Part shown: one piece after another, positions 14,740 through 24,458 of the stretch
Layout: every line of letters begins with the position of its first letter
Numbering within the stretch: position 1 is the first letter of the stretch
IMG/VR virus record: IMGVR_UViG_3300045988_143098
DNA from: a virus
Length of the DNA: 59,008 nucleotides
Reading direction: 5' to 3' (one strand)
Notes under the pieces: model-generated
What the model was told of the DNA's origin: nothing
Database searches by the model: none
The model's input: only the letters and a program-made list of their open reading frames with translations
Program-made: the position numbers and the translations under genes

Positions 14740-15473
14740 CAAAACTTCCTGAATGGATTACAAAACATGCACCAGCAATCCTGTCTGTCCTCGGTTGTGC
14801 TGGTCTTGTCGTCACGACGGCAGATGCGATTCGGTGCACGAACAAACGAAATGCCAAAATCGCCAAGGATTCATCTGTCGTTGAGGTAATCAAGGACTAC
14901 GGAACTACAATTGCACTCGGTGCTGGAACTATCGGCTGCGTTCTCGGCGCAAATGTTCTGAACCAAAAGCATCAGGCACTGCTTACAAGTGCATACACGC
15001 TTGTCGCTCAGGAATTTGACCAGTATAAGAACAAAGTGATTAGTCTTTGTGGCAAGGAAACAGATTACTCAGTCGAGAAAGCCGTGGCAGAAGAACAGCG
15101 TGCAAAAGATGAAGGACTGTCGGGTTTTACAGAGACTCAAACATTCTACTTTGAGCCTTATGGAAAGTTCTTTGAATCTACGATGGAAAACGTCATGCAG
15201 GCTGAGTATCATCTCAATCGTAATTTCATTCTTCGAGGATACGTTTCTGTAAACGATTTCCTTGATTTTTTGAAACTCGAACATACGACAAGTGGCGACA
15301 AAGACGGTTGGGAAGAGTTTGCGGGCGAGGCGTTTTACGGATACCGTTGGGTTGATTTTGAGCATCGACACTACACAACTGATGACGGACTCTCAGTTTG
15401 TGCAATCGAAACACCTTTTTACTGCCATAATCTAAACGAGTATGATGAGAAAATGGAGGAACGATTTCAATGA
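14736..15473 (+). CDS. 2-TM hairpin membrane protein, paralogue family member 4
   Basis: APAILSVLGCAGLVVTTA and TIALGAGTIGCVLGANVL helices; ALLTSAYT motif; SVNDFLDFLKLE...GW. Confidence 0.85.
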   Translation: MTKLPEWITKHAPAILSVLGCAGLVVTTADAIRCTNKRNAKIAKDSSVVEVIKDYGTTIALGAGTIGCVLGANVLNQKHQALLTSAYTLVAQEFDQYKNKVISLCGKETDYSVEKAVAEEQRAKDEGLSGFTETQTFYFEPYGKFFESTMENVMQAEYHLNRNFILRGYVSVNDFLDFLKLEHTTSGDKDGWEEFAGEAFYGYRWVDFEHRHYTTDDGLSVCAIETPFYCHNLNEYDEKMEERFQ

Positions 15474-15772
15474 TTGGAACCGTTGTGCTGACCGCTCTGG
15501 TCACAATTCTCGGTATGAGTGTTTTCCATCTGATTAGAGAACGTAATCAAGACAGGTCTTGGAATGCCGAGATTCAGAGTGAAAACGAGCAACTTAAATC
15601 TCTTGTGAACTTCTACAAAAATAACGAACAGTATCGCAGAGAACAACATTGCTACTCTGAGGGGGTTGTTGACGGGGAGAAGAAAGCTCAACTTCAACAG
15701 CGGTTTGCAGATGGGCTTTCTAACAACGGTCGGGCAACGATTCTCATTAACATGAACGATAAAATCCATTGA
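15470..15772 (+). CDS. N-terminal TM anchor + coiled-coil protein (100 aa)
   Basis: MIGTVVLTALVTILGMSVFHLI helix; ATGA coupling. Confidence 0.7.
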   Translation: MIGTVVLTALVTILGMSVFHLIRERNQDRSWNAEIQSENEQLKSLVNFYKNNEQYRREQHCYSEGVVDGEKKAQLQQRFADGLSNNGRATILINMNDKIH

Positions 15773-15795
15773 TATTTGGAAGGAGTGCAGAACCT

Positions 15796-16323
15796 ATGAT
15801 TATCAAGTACGATGAAAAAGAACTTCGACGTATCAAGCGCGGTGCTTGTCTTGCGATTGGCGGAATTGGACTGTTTTTAGGGGCCTTCGGTATAGCGTAT
15901 GCGTGCACCAAGTATCACAACATCGAGAAAATGGTCAGCGATGCAACGTCTCATATTTCCAAACTTACGTCTGTCGATGTGGAAGATTCTATTATTGAAA
16001 AGGCAGTTGCTGACTCCGCAAGTCGCCAAATTGACAAAGCTGTGTCTAAAGCCGTCAGTGCAATTAAAAATGATATTTCCATTCAATCTCGTAGTCTTAT
16101 CGAAGAAGCTGTTGCCGAACGATATGCAAAAATTGAATCGGTAGTTACTAATGCTGTCAATGATGCCATTGCGGAAAACGTTGATGTGGAATCTCTCTGC
16201 ATTGAGACCATGACTGAAGCGAAGCAAAACATGGTCGAAAAATTGGTCGAGAAAATGACGGATATTCTTGATGAGGATGACAACAAATCGTTGATTCGTA
16301 TCCTTCTTAAAGCAATTAAATAA
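15796..16323 (+). CDS. TM-anchored alpha-helical protein (175 aa)
   Basis: ATG 15796 after GGAAGGAG; ACLAIGGIGLFLGAFGIAYA helix. Confidence 0.7.
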   Translation: MIIKYDEKELRRIKRGACLAIGGIGLFLGAFGIAYACTKYHNIEKMVSDATSHISKLTSVDVEDSIIEKAVADSASRQIDKAVSKAVSAIKNDISIQSRSLIEEAVAERYAKIESVVTNAVNDAIAENVDVESLCIETMTEAKQNMVEKLVEKMTDILDEDDNKSLIRILLKAIK

Positions 16324-16338
16324 AGAGGTGTGATATTT

Positions 16339-16938
16339 GTGAACAAATACGTTTTGGCCTCGATTAGCACTCTTGCTGGCGCTGTCGGAGGTTTTTTCGC
16401 TGGGAAATTCTATTACGACAAAAAGTACAGCAAGCGTGCCGATGAAGAAGTTGAGTCCGTTAAGCAGGCTCTTGGTTTTTATAATGAGAAGGAAGATACA
16501 GCTTCTGCCGAAGAACAGTCTGATAAGAAGCCGCAAGTGGTCACAAATTCTCTTGACGTTGCGGAACTGAAAAACTATCAGAAATCAGTTGATATTTTGA
16601 AATATGCCACTACAACTTCTTCCGAAAAATCTACTGAGCCATATGTTATTCAAGCTGAGCAGTACGGCGACGAGGACGATTACGAAACGGTCACTCTGAA
16701 CTACTACAGCGAAGATAGCGTCGTTACTTATGATAATGACGATGCACTGAGCAAAGCGGATGTTCATAGGATGATTGGTGAAAACTTTGCAGAGGCTTTC
16801 GAGAAGACTCATTACACTGTGTATGTCAGAAATGATATTCTGAAGTGTGACTATGAGATTCTCCTCATCATGGGCAGCTACGAGGATGTTCTTACAGAGC
16901 ATCCATATTTGCGAAAGGACAATACTGATGACGATTAA
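16339..16938 (+). CDS. N-terminal TM anchor + acidic domain protein (start 16330 or 16339)
   Basis: YVLASISTLAGAVGGFFAG helix; GTG 16339 is 10 nt after GAGG. Confidence 0.65.
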   Translation: MNKYVLASISTLAGAVGGFFAGKFYYDKKYSKRADEEVESVKQALGFYNEKEDTASAEEQSDKKPQVVTNSLDVAELKNYQKSVDILKYATTTSSEKSTEPYVIQAEQYGDEDDYETVTLNYYSEDSVVTYDNDDALSKADVHRMIGENFAEAFEKTHYTVYVRNDILKCDYEILLIMGSYEDVLTEHPYLRKDNTDDD

Positions 16939-17428
16939 ACTTACTGCTTATGAAGCATGGCTTTTTCAATTCGTTACAAACGAGCCGGAGCATAAGAATT
17001 ATTCTTCTCTGCTCCGAACGCTGAACGAGATTTCCTTTCAAGTTGCCAAGCATCGAGGGGATTACAATCGGATGCTTGACGGCTTCTGTCTTCGCCAACG
17101 ATATTACGGCCCAATTGCGCTGGAAGAATGCAGTGTTCTTGAAATGATGGTTGCATTGGCGAAGCGTATTGACGATGATATTCTATACGACTATGAAATC
17201 GGCACCCAAACCGAAAAATGGTTCTGGATGATGATTGACAGTCTTGGCCTAAGTGGTATGACGGATGATTCGTTTGACGAGAATACTGTCACTCGCATCA
17301 TCTATAACTTTATGGATTACAATTTTGCCCCGGATGGGAAAGGAGGTTTGTTCTACGTTCCGGGGTATAACGGCGATATCCGAGAGATGGAGATTTGGTA
17401 TCAGATGACAAAATTTCATTTCGACTAA
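16928..17428 (+). CDS. hypothetical protein (166 aa)
   Basis: ATG 16928 overlaps the upstream stop; in frame within track ORF 16847..17428. Confidence 0.7.
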   Translation: MTIKLTAYEAWLFQFVTNEPEHKNYSSLLRTLNEISFQVAKHRGDYNRMLDGFCLRQRYYGPIALEECSVLEMMVALAKRIDDDILYDYEIGTQTEKWFWMMIDSLGLSGMTDDSFDENTVTRIIYNFMDYNFAPDGKGGLFYVPGYNGDIREMEIWYQMTKFHFD

Positions 17429-17444
17429 AGGGAGATGCTTAATC

Positions 17445-17639
17445 ATGTATGATATTTTCAGTTTCATGATGAATACAATCGAAAAACGTGCTTCTCGACA
17501 ATCTGTCCTGAACGGTCTCTTTGCTGCTGGACTCGGTGTGCTTGCATACACTGTGGTGAAGCAAAAAAAGCGTCTTGATATTTTAGAAGCATCCATCGAA
17601 ACAGTCGAAGTGGATGATAACGACGAAGAAGAGGAATAA
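17445..17639 (+). CDS. small TM protein with acidic tail (64 aa)
   Basis: LNGLFAAGLGVLAYTVV helix; ends VEVDDNDEEEE. Confidence 0.65.
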   Translation: MYDIFSFMMNTIEKRASRQSVLNGLFAAGLGVLAYTVVKQKKRLDILEASIETVEVDDNDEEEE

Positions 17640-17645
17640 TCGGCC

Positions 17646-20600
17646 ATGTTGGACTTTCTGCTGATTTCAACTCGTTCTCAAAAGCGCGGAACGATTGAAA
17701 TCGTTCCGAAGTTCATCATCAAGAAAAGCTCTGACCTGATGATTCGTGGCGGCGATTTCTACGCTATCTGGGATGAAGAGAAAAAGCTCTGGTCTACGGA
17801 TGAGCAAGACGTTGTTCGTCTCGTCGATGCACAACTTGACGAGTTTGCAAAAAGCAATTGCAGTCATCTTGAAGGTGATGTGCGTGTGCTGCATATGTGG
17901 GATGCTGCATCTGGCATGATTGATATTTGGCATAAATATTGTCAGCGTCAGATGCGGGACTCCTATCATATGCTGGACGAACGATTGATATTTGCAAATA
18001 CTGAGACGAAAAAAACTGATTACGCAAGCAAGAAGCTCCCCTACCCTCTGGAATTTGGGACTACATCTGCTTGGGAACAGTTGATGAGCACACTGTATCA
18101 GCCAGCTGAACGTCACAAAATCGAGTGGGCAATCGGTTCAATCGTCAGTGGCGACTCTCGGAAACTGCAGAAGTTCATGGTTCTCTATGGCGCAGCTGGT
18201 ACGGGTAAGTCAACAGTGCTAAACATCATTCAGCAGCTTTTTGATGGATATTTGTCAGTATTCGATGCCAAAGCACTTGGTTCTTCATCGAACGCTTTCG
18301 CGCTTGAAGCGTTCAAGTCAAACCCTTTGGTTGCCATTCAGCATGACGGTGACCTTTCCCGAATCGAGGATAATACTCGGTTAAACTCGCTGGTATCTCA
18401 TGAAAAGATGACAGTCAATGAAAAGTTCAAATCCACATATACGAACGACTTCAAGGCTTTTCTCTTCATGGGTACTAATAAGCCGGTAAAGATTACGGAT
18501 GCGAAGTCCGGTTTGATTCGCCGACTCATCGACGTAACTCCGTCAGGTAATAAACTACCCCGCGACGAGTATCAGACAATCATGGCTCAAATTCCGTTTG
18601 AACTTGGGTCAATTGCCGCTCGTTGCAAAGAAATCTACGAGAAGAATCCGGGAGCTTATGATGACTACATCCCCATTAACATGATGGGTGCGTCCAACGA
18701 TTTCTATAACTTTGTTATGGATTCGTGGTTGATATTTAAGAAGGAGGATGAAACGACCCTTAAGACGGCTTGGGAAATGTATAAAGTATACTGCGAAGAT
18801 GCGAAAGTGCTTTATCCGGAGAATAAGCGCGTATTTAAGGAGGAACTGAAAAACTACTTCAAGGAGTATTACGAGCGCATCGTCATGACCGACGGTTCTC
18901 GGATTCGGAACTACTACAAGGGATTCAAGTACGATAAATTCGAGGAGGCGGAAACTCAAAATGTCGTCGACATTGAAAAACCAGCGGTCACTTCCATACC
19001 AGATTGGTTATCGCTTAGGCAGCAGCACTCAATCCTTGATGATATTTGCGCTGACTGCAAGGCGCAGTATGCTTCGGAAGATGAGAAACCTCTTCTAAAA
19101 TGGGATAGCGTTGCCACGACTTTGAAAGACATCGACAGCAAGAAACTGCACTACGTTCTGTTCGGAAAAGAGTTTCTTAATCTTATCATCATTGACTTTG
19201 ATATTCGGGACGCATCTGGGAAAAAGTCGTTTGAAGAAAACGCTAAAGCAGCGAGCAAATGGCCGAAGACGTATGCTGAAACGAGTAAAAGCGGTGCAGG
19301 GATTCACCTGCACTATTTTTATTCCGGTGATGTCACGAATCTCAGTCGAATTTATGATGACCAGATTGAGGTCAAAGTCATGGTCGGTAACAGTTCCCTG
19401 CGCCGCATGTTGACAGTATGCAATGATATTCCTATTGCGACGATTAGTTCCGGTCTCCCGCTCAAGGAGGAAAAGGATGTGGTAGACAAGAAAACTATCT
19501 CAAATGAAAAGAATCTCAGAATCCTCTTGAAAAGGACGATGAATAAAGAATTTCTCCCGGGAACGAAGCCAAGTGTCGATTTCATTGTTAAGATTTTGGA
19601 TGATGCGTATGCGAGTGGGATGCAGTATAATGTTTCAGATATGTATACTGCCGTCCTTGCGTTTGCATCCAGAAGCACTAATCATGCGGACTATTGTCTA
19701 AAGCAGATTGGGAAGATGAAATTCCAATCGAAGGACGATGATGAAACGACCGAACTTGCTAATGCAAAACCGCCTGATGAGGTGATTGATGAGCAATTGA
19801 TATTTTTCGATGTCGAGGTCTTCCCGAACCTCGTACTTGTCTGCTGGAAAGTTCAGGGTGAAGGGAAAAGTGTCGTAAGATGGTTTAACCCAACACCGAC
19901 TGATATTTCTAAACTTGTCGAGCATCGGTTGGTCGGGTTCAACAACCGAAACTATGACAACCACATCATTTATGCAATCATGATGGGATATACTCCAGAA
20001 CAGATTTACAACCTCTCACAGCGAATCATCAACGGAAAGACCTCTGCGGAACGCCGGAATGCTCTGTTTGGAAGTGCTTACGACCTTTCTTACACTGATA
20101 TTTACGATTTCGCTTCTGCCGGAAATAAAAAAAGTCTTAAGAAGTTGGAAATCGAAATGGGAATCCATCATCAGGAATTGGGATTGCCGTGGGACGAACC
20201 CGTGGACAAGGAAAAATGGGAGATGGTTGGCAACTATTGCGAAAATGACGTAATTGCTACCGAGACTGCTTTCGAGCATCTTTCTGCCGACTGGATAGCT
20301 CGCGTCATTCTATCGGATTTGGCGGGCATGAAGGTCAACGATACTACGAACAGTTTAACAACAAAAATTATATTTTCTGGTGACCGTTCTCCGCAACATG
20401 AGTTTCAGTACCGGAATCTTGCAGAGCCAGTCATGAACCTTGACGATGACATGGAGCAATTTCTGAAGAATGCAGCACCGGTCATGATGTCTGAACCTCA
20501 CGGCGAGGCCAATAGTTTGCTCCCCTATTTTGATGGATATTCTTTTGAGCAAGGGGTATCTACATTCATGGGTGAAAAGGTTAGTGAAGGTGGATGGGCT

Positions 20601-21659
20601 AAAGGCGAACCCGGAATGCACATCAATGTCGCACTGTTGGATATTACGTCGATGCACCCGCATAGCGTCATCGCCGAATGTCTATTTGGTGTGCGTTACA
20701 CACAGCGTTTCAAGGAACTCGTGGATGCTCGTGTGGAAATCAAGCATGAGAATTGGGATAAGGTTAGAACGATGCTGGATGGCAAACTTACGCCATACAT
20801 TCAGTGGGTCAAAGACGGGCGAATCACCGCTAAAGACCTCGCTAATGCTCTGAAGACTGCCATCAACTCAGTCTACGGACTCACGTTTGCCAAGTTCCAG
20901 AACGCATTCCGGGACATTCGGAATATTGATAACATTGTTGCGAAGCGCGGTTCATTGTTCATGGTACGCTTGAAAAATGAGGTGATGAAACGCGGATTCA
21001 CGGTCTGCCATGTGAAAACGGACTCCGTGAAGATACCGAATGCAACACCGGAAATCATCAAGTTTATTATGGAGTTCGGAAAGCGTTACGGATACAACTT
21101 TGAACACGAGGCCACCTACGAGAAGATGTGCCTTGTTAATCATTCTGTTTACGTTGCAAAGTATGCTTCAACTGAATGGTGCGAGAAGACATACGGATAT
21201 ATTCCTGATGACAATCGTAAACATTCCGGCGAATGGACAGCAACTGGTGAGCAGTTCAAAGTTCCCTACGTCTTCAAGACATTGTTCTCGAAAGAACCGA
21301 TTGTCTTTGACGACATGTGCGAAGTGAAGTCTGTAACATCTGCCCTCTACCTTGACAGGAGAGAAGGACTTGCCGAGGACGAGCATTGCTACCAGTTCAT
21401 TGGAAAGACTGGCCAGTTTACGCCCGTGCTTCCCGGACACTGCGGTGGGGAACTCAAACGAATTACGAAAGACAAGAATGGGAACAAAAAGTTCGACAAT
21501 GCTTCAGACTGCTCTGGATACCTTTGGGAAGAGTCCGAAAAATTGCGCGGAACTGATGCTGAATCCTATGTAGATAAAAGTTACTACAACCGACTCGTTG
21601 ACGCTGCCGTCGATACGCTTCAGAAGAATGGATGCGATGTCGAATGGTTTGTTAGTTAA
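17646..21659 (+). CDS. fused replicase: D5/P4-type SF3 helicase + AEP-type primase + family-B DNA polymerase
   Basis: Walker A VLYGAAGTGKST (aa ~185). AEP motifs IIIDFDIRD and SGAGIHLHYFY (aa ~520-560). Exo motifs FFDVEVFPN, NNRNYDNH, YCENDV. PolB motifs DITSMHPHS (A), KTAINSVYG (B), HVKTDSV (C). Confidence 0.85.
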   Translation: MLDFLLISTRSQKRGTIEIVPKFIIKKSSDLMIRGGDFYAIWDEEKKLWSTDEQDVVRLVDAQLDEFAKSNCSHLEGDVRVLHMWDAASGMIDIWHKYCQRQMRDSYHMLDERLIFANTETKKTDYASKKLPYPLEFGTTSAWEQLMSTLYQPAERHKIEWAIGSIVSGDSRKLQKFMVLYGAAGTGKSTVLNIIQQLFDGYLSVFDAKALGSSSNAFALEAFKSNPLVAIQHDGDLSRIEDNTRLNSLVSHEKMTVNEKFKSTYTNDFKAFLFMGTNKPVKITDAKSGLIRRLIDVTPSGNKLPRDEYQTIMAQIPFELGSIAARCKEIYEKNPGAYDDYIPINMMGASNDFYNFVMDSWLIFKKEDETTLKTAWEMYKVYCEDAKVLYPENKRVFKEELKNYFKEYYERIVMTDGSRIRNYYKGFKYDKFEEAETQNVVDIEKPAVTSIPDWLSLRQQHSILDDICADCKAQYASEDEKPLLKWDSVATTLKDIDSKKLHYVLFGKEFLNLIIIDFDIRDASGKKSFEENAKAASKWPKTYAETSKSGAGIHLHYFYSGDVTNLSRIYDDQIEVKVMVGNSSLRRMLTVCNDIPIATISSGLPLKEEKDVVDKKTISNEKNLRILLKRTMNKEFLPGTKPSVDFIVKILDDAYASGMQYNVSDMYTAVLAFASRSTNHADYCLKQIGKMKFQSKDDDETTELANAKPPDEVIDEQLIFFDVEVFPNLVLVCWKVQGEGKSVVRWFNPTPTDISKLVEHRLVGFNNRNYDNHIIYAIMMGYTPEQIYNLSQRIINGKTSAERRNALFGSAYDLSYTDIYDFASAGNKKSLKKLEIEMGIHHQELGLPWDEPVDKEKWEMVGNYCENDVIATETAFEHLSADWIARVILSDLAGMKVNDTTNSLTTKIIFSGDRSPQHEFQYRNLAEPVMNLDDDMEQFLKNAAPVMMSEPHGEANSLLPYFDGYSFEQGVSTFMGEKVSEGGWAKGEPGMHINVALLDITSMHPHSVIAECLFGVRYTQRFKELVDARVEIKHENWDKVRTMLDGKLTPYIQWVKDGRITAKDLANALKTAINSVYGLTFAKFQNAFRDIRNIDNIVAKRGSLFMVRLKNEVMKRGFTVCHVKTDSVKIPNATPEIIKFIMEFGKRYGYNFEHEATYEKMCLVNHSVYVAKYASTEWCEKTYGYIPDDNRKHSGEWTATGEQFKVPYVFKTLFSKEPIVFDDMCEVKSVTSALYLDRREGLAEDEHCYQFIGKTGQFTPVLPGHCGGELKRITKDKNGNKKFDNASDCSGYLWEESEKLRGTDAESYVDKSYYNRLVDAAVDTLQKNGCDVEWFVS

Positions 21660-21679
21660 ATAAAAGGAGATTGATATTT

Positions 21680-22177
21680 ATGACTAAGTCTTATAAGAAC
21701 ATTACTTTCATGGACGCACAGATTCTCTTCAAGAATTTCGCCGGTGAGGAACGCAAGTTCAATCCGGCAGGCAATCGGAATTTCTGTCTTGTAATTGAGG
21801 ATGAAGTGCAGGCACGGCAGATGTTTGAAGAGGGGTGGAATGTTCGGATTCTGCCTCCGCGAACTGACGATGAGGTAGCCAAGCATTATATTCCCGTTGC
21901 CGTCAGTTATCGAAATAATGATAGCTTTCCGGTGTGTGTCTACATCGTCGACGGTAATCAGCGAACGCTGCTTAACGAGGATACTATCGGTAGGCTCGAC
22001 CATGCCGATATTGCGACTGTCGACCTGACGATTCGCCCTCGTTATTGGGACGACAATGGCCAAACAAAGATTAAAGCCTATCTGAAGACGATGTACGTCA
22101 CACTGAACGTTGATGAACTTGACCAGCGGTACGCCAGCGGTAACTATGGTATGACCTCTGAGGACGCGCCTTTCTAA
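21680..22177 (+). CDS. putative T7 gp2.5-like single-stranded DNA-binding protein
   Basis: 165 aa directly after the polymerase; acidic C-terminus ending in Phe (MTSEDAPF), as in the gp2.5 tail; fold not verified. Confidence 0.55.
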   Translation: MTKSYKNITFMDAQILFKNFAGEERKFNPAGNRNFCLVIEDEVQARQMFEEGWNVRILPPRTDDEVAKHYIPVAVSYRNNDSFPVCVYIVDGNQRTLLNEDTIGRLDHADIATVDLTIRPRYWDDNGQTKIKAYLKTMYVTLNVDELDQRYASGNYGMTSEDAPF

Positions 22178-22197
22178 GATGAGGAGGTTTGAAGAAT

Positions 22198-22347
22198 ATG
22201 CCATACGGTTATCCTGTTCTCCCGTATTATTGGCTGGCTAAATATCGTTGCTTTGTCGATGATGGACTACTTACGCATGAGGAGTTTACCAATCTCATGA
22301 AGAAACGTCTCAATGTCGTGTTCGGGGTGCCGAAGAGCGGTGTGTAA
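22198..22347 (+). CDS. 49-aa hypothetical protein (below ORF-track cutoff)
   Basis: ATG 22198 after GAGGAGG; MPYGYPVLPYYWLAKYRCFVDDGLL... Confidence 0.5.
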   Translation: MPYGYPVLPYYWLAKYRCFVDDGLLTHEEFTNLMKKRLNVVFGVPKSGV

Positions 22348-22349
22348 TC

Positions 22350-23567
22350 ATGCCTGATGCAGGATTGCGTGACTATCAGCGAAAAGCTGTGGCAAAAATG
22401 AAAAACGGCTGCATCCTATGTGGCGGCGTCGGGAGTGGTAAGTCGAGGACTTCCTTGGCTTACTACTCCCTTTTTCAGGGTGAGTCTATTGATATTCCGG
22501 GAGTACATCGAAAGAGCCACCAAGATTTGTACATCATCACGACAGCCCGAAAAAGAGACAGCAAGGAATGGGATGGTGATATGATTCCGTTCCTTCTCTC
22601 TCCGGGTGTTTGTGATGAATGGCATAACATAGTGGTTGTTGACAGCTGGAACAACATCGGGAAGTATGCAGACGTGTCTGGAGCATTCTTTATATTTGAT
22701 GAGCAACGAGTCATCGGCAGTGGGGCATGGACTCGAAACTTTCTCAAAATCACAAAGAAGAATGCTTGGGTATTGCTGTCCGCAACTCCCGGCGACACAT
22801 GGCTCGATTACATCCCTGTATTCGTGGCGAATGGTTTCTACAAAAATCGGTCTGAGTTTCTGCGTGAGCATGTAATATTCAAGCGGTTTGCAAAGTTCCC
22901 GCAAGTTGACCGCTATGTTGAAACCAATCATCTTGAGGAACTCCGACGTGAAATTCTTGTCGACATGCCGTTCAGAAGGGAGACGAAACAGCACCATGAG
23001 ACAATTTATGTGTCATATGATGTAGAAAAGTATAAATTCATAACGAAAAATCGTCAGAACATCTTTGAAAATGGGCTTCCGTTGCAGAATGCCGCTGAGT
23101 TGTGTTTTACATGGCGCAGGCTGGTAAATAGTGCTCCGGAACGAGTTCGTGCGGTCATTGATATTCTGAAAAAGCATCCAAAAGCCATCGTCTTCTACAA
23201 CTTCGATTTCGAGTTGGAGCTATTGAAGAAATCACTGACTGATGCAGGATTGATATTTTCGGAATGGAACGGTCATGCGCACGAGCCGATTAGAGAGGAG
23301 TGTGAAAGTTGGGCTTACTTGGTGCAGTATACCGCTGGATGCGAAGGTTGGAACTGCACGAGCACTGACACGATGATATTCTACTCGCAGAATTACTCTT
23401 ACAAAGTAATGGCTCAGGCGGCAGGACGAATCGACCGCATGAATACACCGTTCACTGACTTGTGGTATTACCATTTGAAAAGCCGTTCCCCGATTGATTT
23501 AGCAATTGGAGATGCAATAGAGAAAAAAAAGACGTTTAACGCACGAGCATTTGTTAAGTGGGAATGA
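22350..23567 (+). CDS. SF2 (DEAD/SNF2-like) helicase
   Basis: GGVGSGKSRTS (motif I), FIFDEQRV (II), LSATPGD (III), QAAGRIDR (VI). Confidence 0.85.
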   Translation: MPDAGLRDYQRKAVAKMKNGCILCGGVGSGKSRTSLAYYSLFQGESIDIPGVHRKSHQDLYIITTARKRDSKEWDGDMIPFLLSPGVCDEWHNIVVVDSWNNIGKYADVSGAFFIFDEQRVIGSGAWTRNFLKITKKNAWVLLSATPGDTWLDYIPVFVANGFYKNRSEFLREHVIFKRFAKFPQVDRYVETNHLEELRREILVDMPFRRETKQHHETIYVSYDVEKYKFITKNRQNIFENGLPLQNAAELCFTWRRLVNSAPERVRAVIDILKKHPKAIVFYNFDFELELLKKSLTDAGLIFSEWNGHAHEPIREECESWAYLVQYTAGCEGWNCTSTDTMIFYSQNYSYKVMAQAAGRIDRMNTPFTDLWYYHLKSRSPIDLAIGDAIEKKKTFNARAFVKWE

Positions 23568-23583
23568 TATTTGAGGAGGAATT

Positions 23584-24456
23584 GTGATGCGACTCGGCTA
23601 TTATCCTAAAGCGATGGGTCAAAAAATCGGTTTCGAGAATTTTGCAAGATATGAATTGGAACTGGTTAAAAAGTATGAAATCATTTCTGAAGTCCAATTC
23701 GAGGATTACATCCACCGGGTCGATTTAATCAAAATCGGCTATGATAGTTATGCACAAGCCTGTAAGGATGAACTTCTGGATAGGCTATTAAACTATAAGC
23801 CGCTTACCCCCATAACCGGTAATGATTGCGAATGGATTTATCGTGACCCGCTGGCTCGAAAAGGAAAATCCATTCCGCTATTTTACAATCGTCGTTGTCC
23901 GTCTCTTGTCAAAATTTGCGGGCGCGTCTACGACCTTGACAACGGCGGGTTTGTGTCGTATGATGGTGGTTCATCATGGATAAGAACAATTGACCATTGC
24001 CCGACAGTTAATTTCCCCTACTTTCCTAAAAATGTAGTACGTCGAGTGTATCTCGAACCTAAATGGGTCAACGGGGACTGCATAAAGGATATTTCAGAGT
24101 ATCCCGAACGCATCCTCAAGCTCAGAAAGCTGATGGAGAAAGCACAAGATGTTCTTCCCCTCACTGTCTTGAAGAATATGATGTCTGACTACAGAAAGCA
24201 ATACTCGACGAATGACATGACCATATTCCTTGAACTTCGTAATCCGGGTACCGGTATACCGAGAGTGCAACCTGTCCGTGTGCTTCTCAATAAGGATGAG
24301 GTTGAGTTAGACGATTCATTTCTCTTCTACATTTGGGGCGGCACAACCCACATGATAGGTATTAAAGATTTCTCGACTTATGGCATCGAATGGCGATGCT
24401 GGCTGTTTGTTCCGCCTGAAGAACGCTTGAAAAATACACCGTGGGAGGAATGCTGA
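23584..24456 (+). CDS. hypothetical protein (290 aa)
   Basis: GAGGAGG SD; start GTG 23584 or ATG 23587. Confidence 0.75.
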   Translation: MMRLGYYPKAMGQKIGFENFARYELELVKKYEIISEVQFEDYIHRVDLIKIGYDSYAQACKDELLDRLLNYKPLTPITGNDCEWIYRDPLARKGKSIPLFYNRRCPSLVKICGRVYDLDNGGFVSYDGGSSWIRTIDHCPTVNFPYFPKNVVRRVYLEPKWVNGDCIKDISEYPERILKLRKLMEKAQDVLPLTVLKNMMSDYRKQYSTNDMTIFLELRNPGTGIPRVQPVRVLLNKDEVELDDSFLFYIWGGTTHMIGIKDFSTYGIEWRCWLFVPPEERLKNTPWEEC

Positions 24457-24458
24457 AT

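Noticed and set aside
15877-16536. 219-aa minus-strand ORF opposite 15796..16323 and 16339..16938
   Set aside because: It is antisense to two SD-preceded plus-strand genes in an otherwise strictly unidirectional genome.
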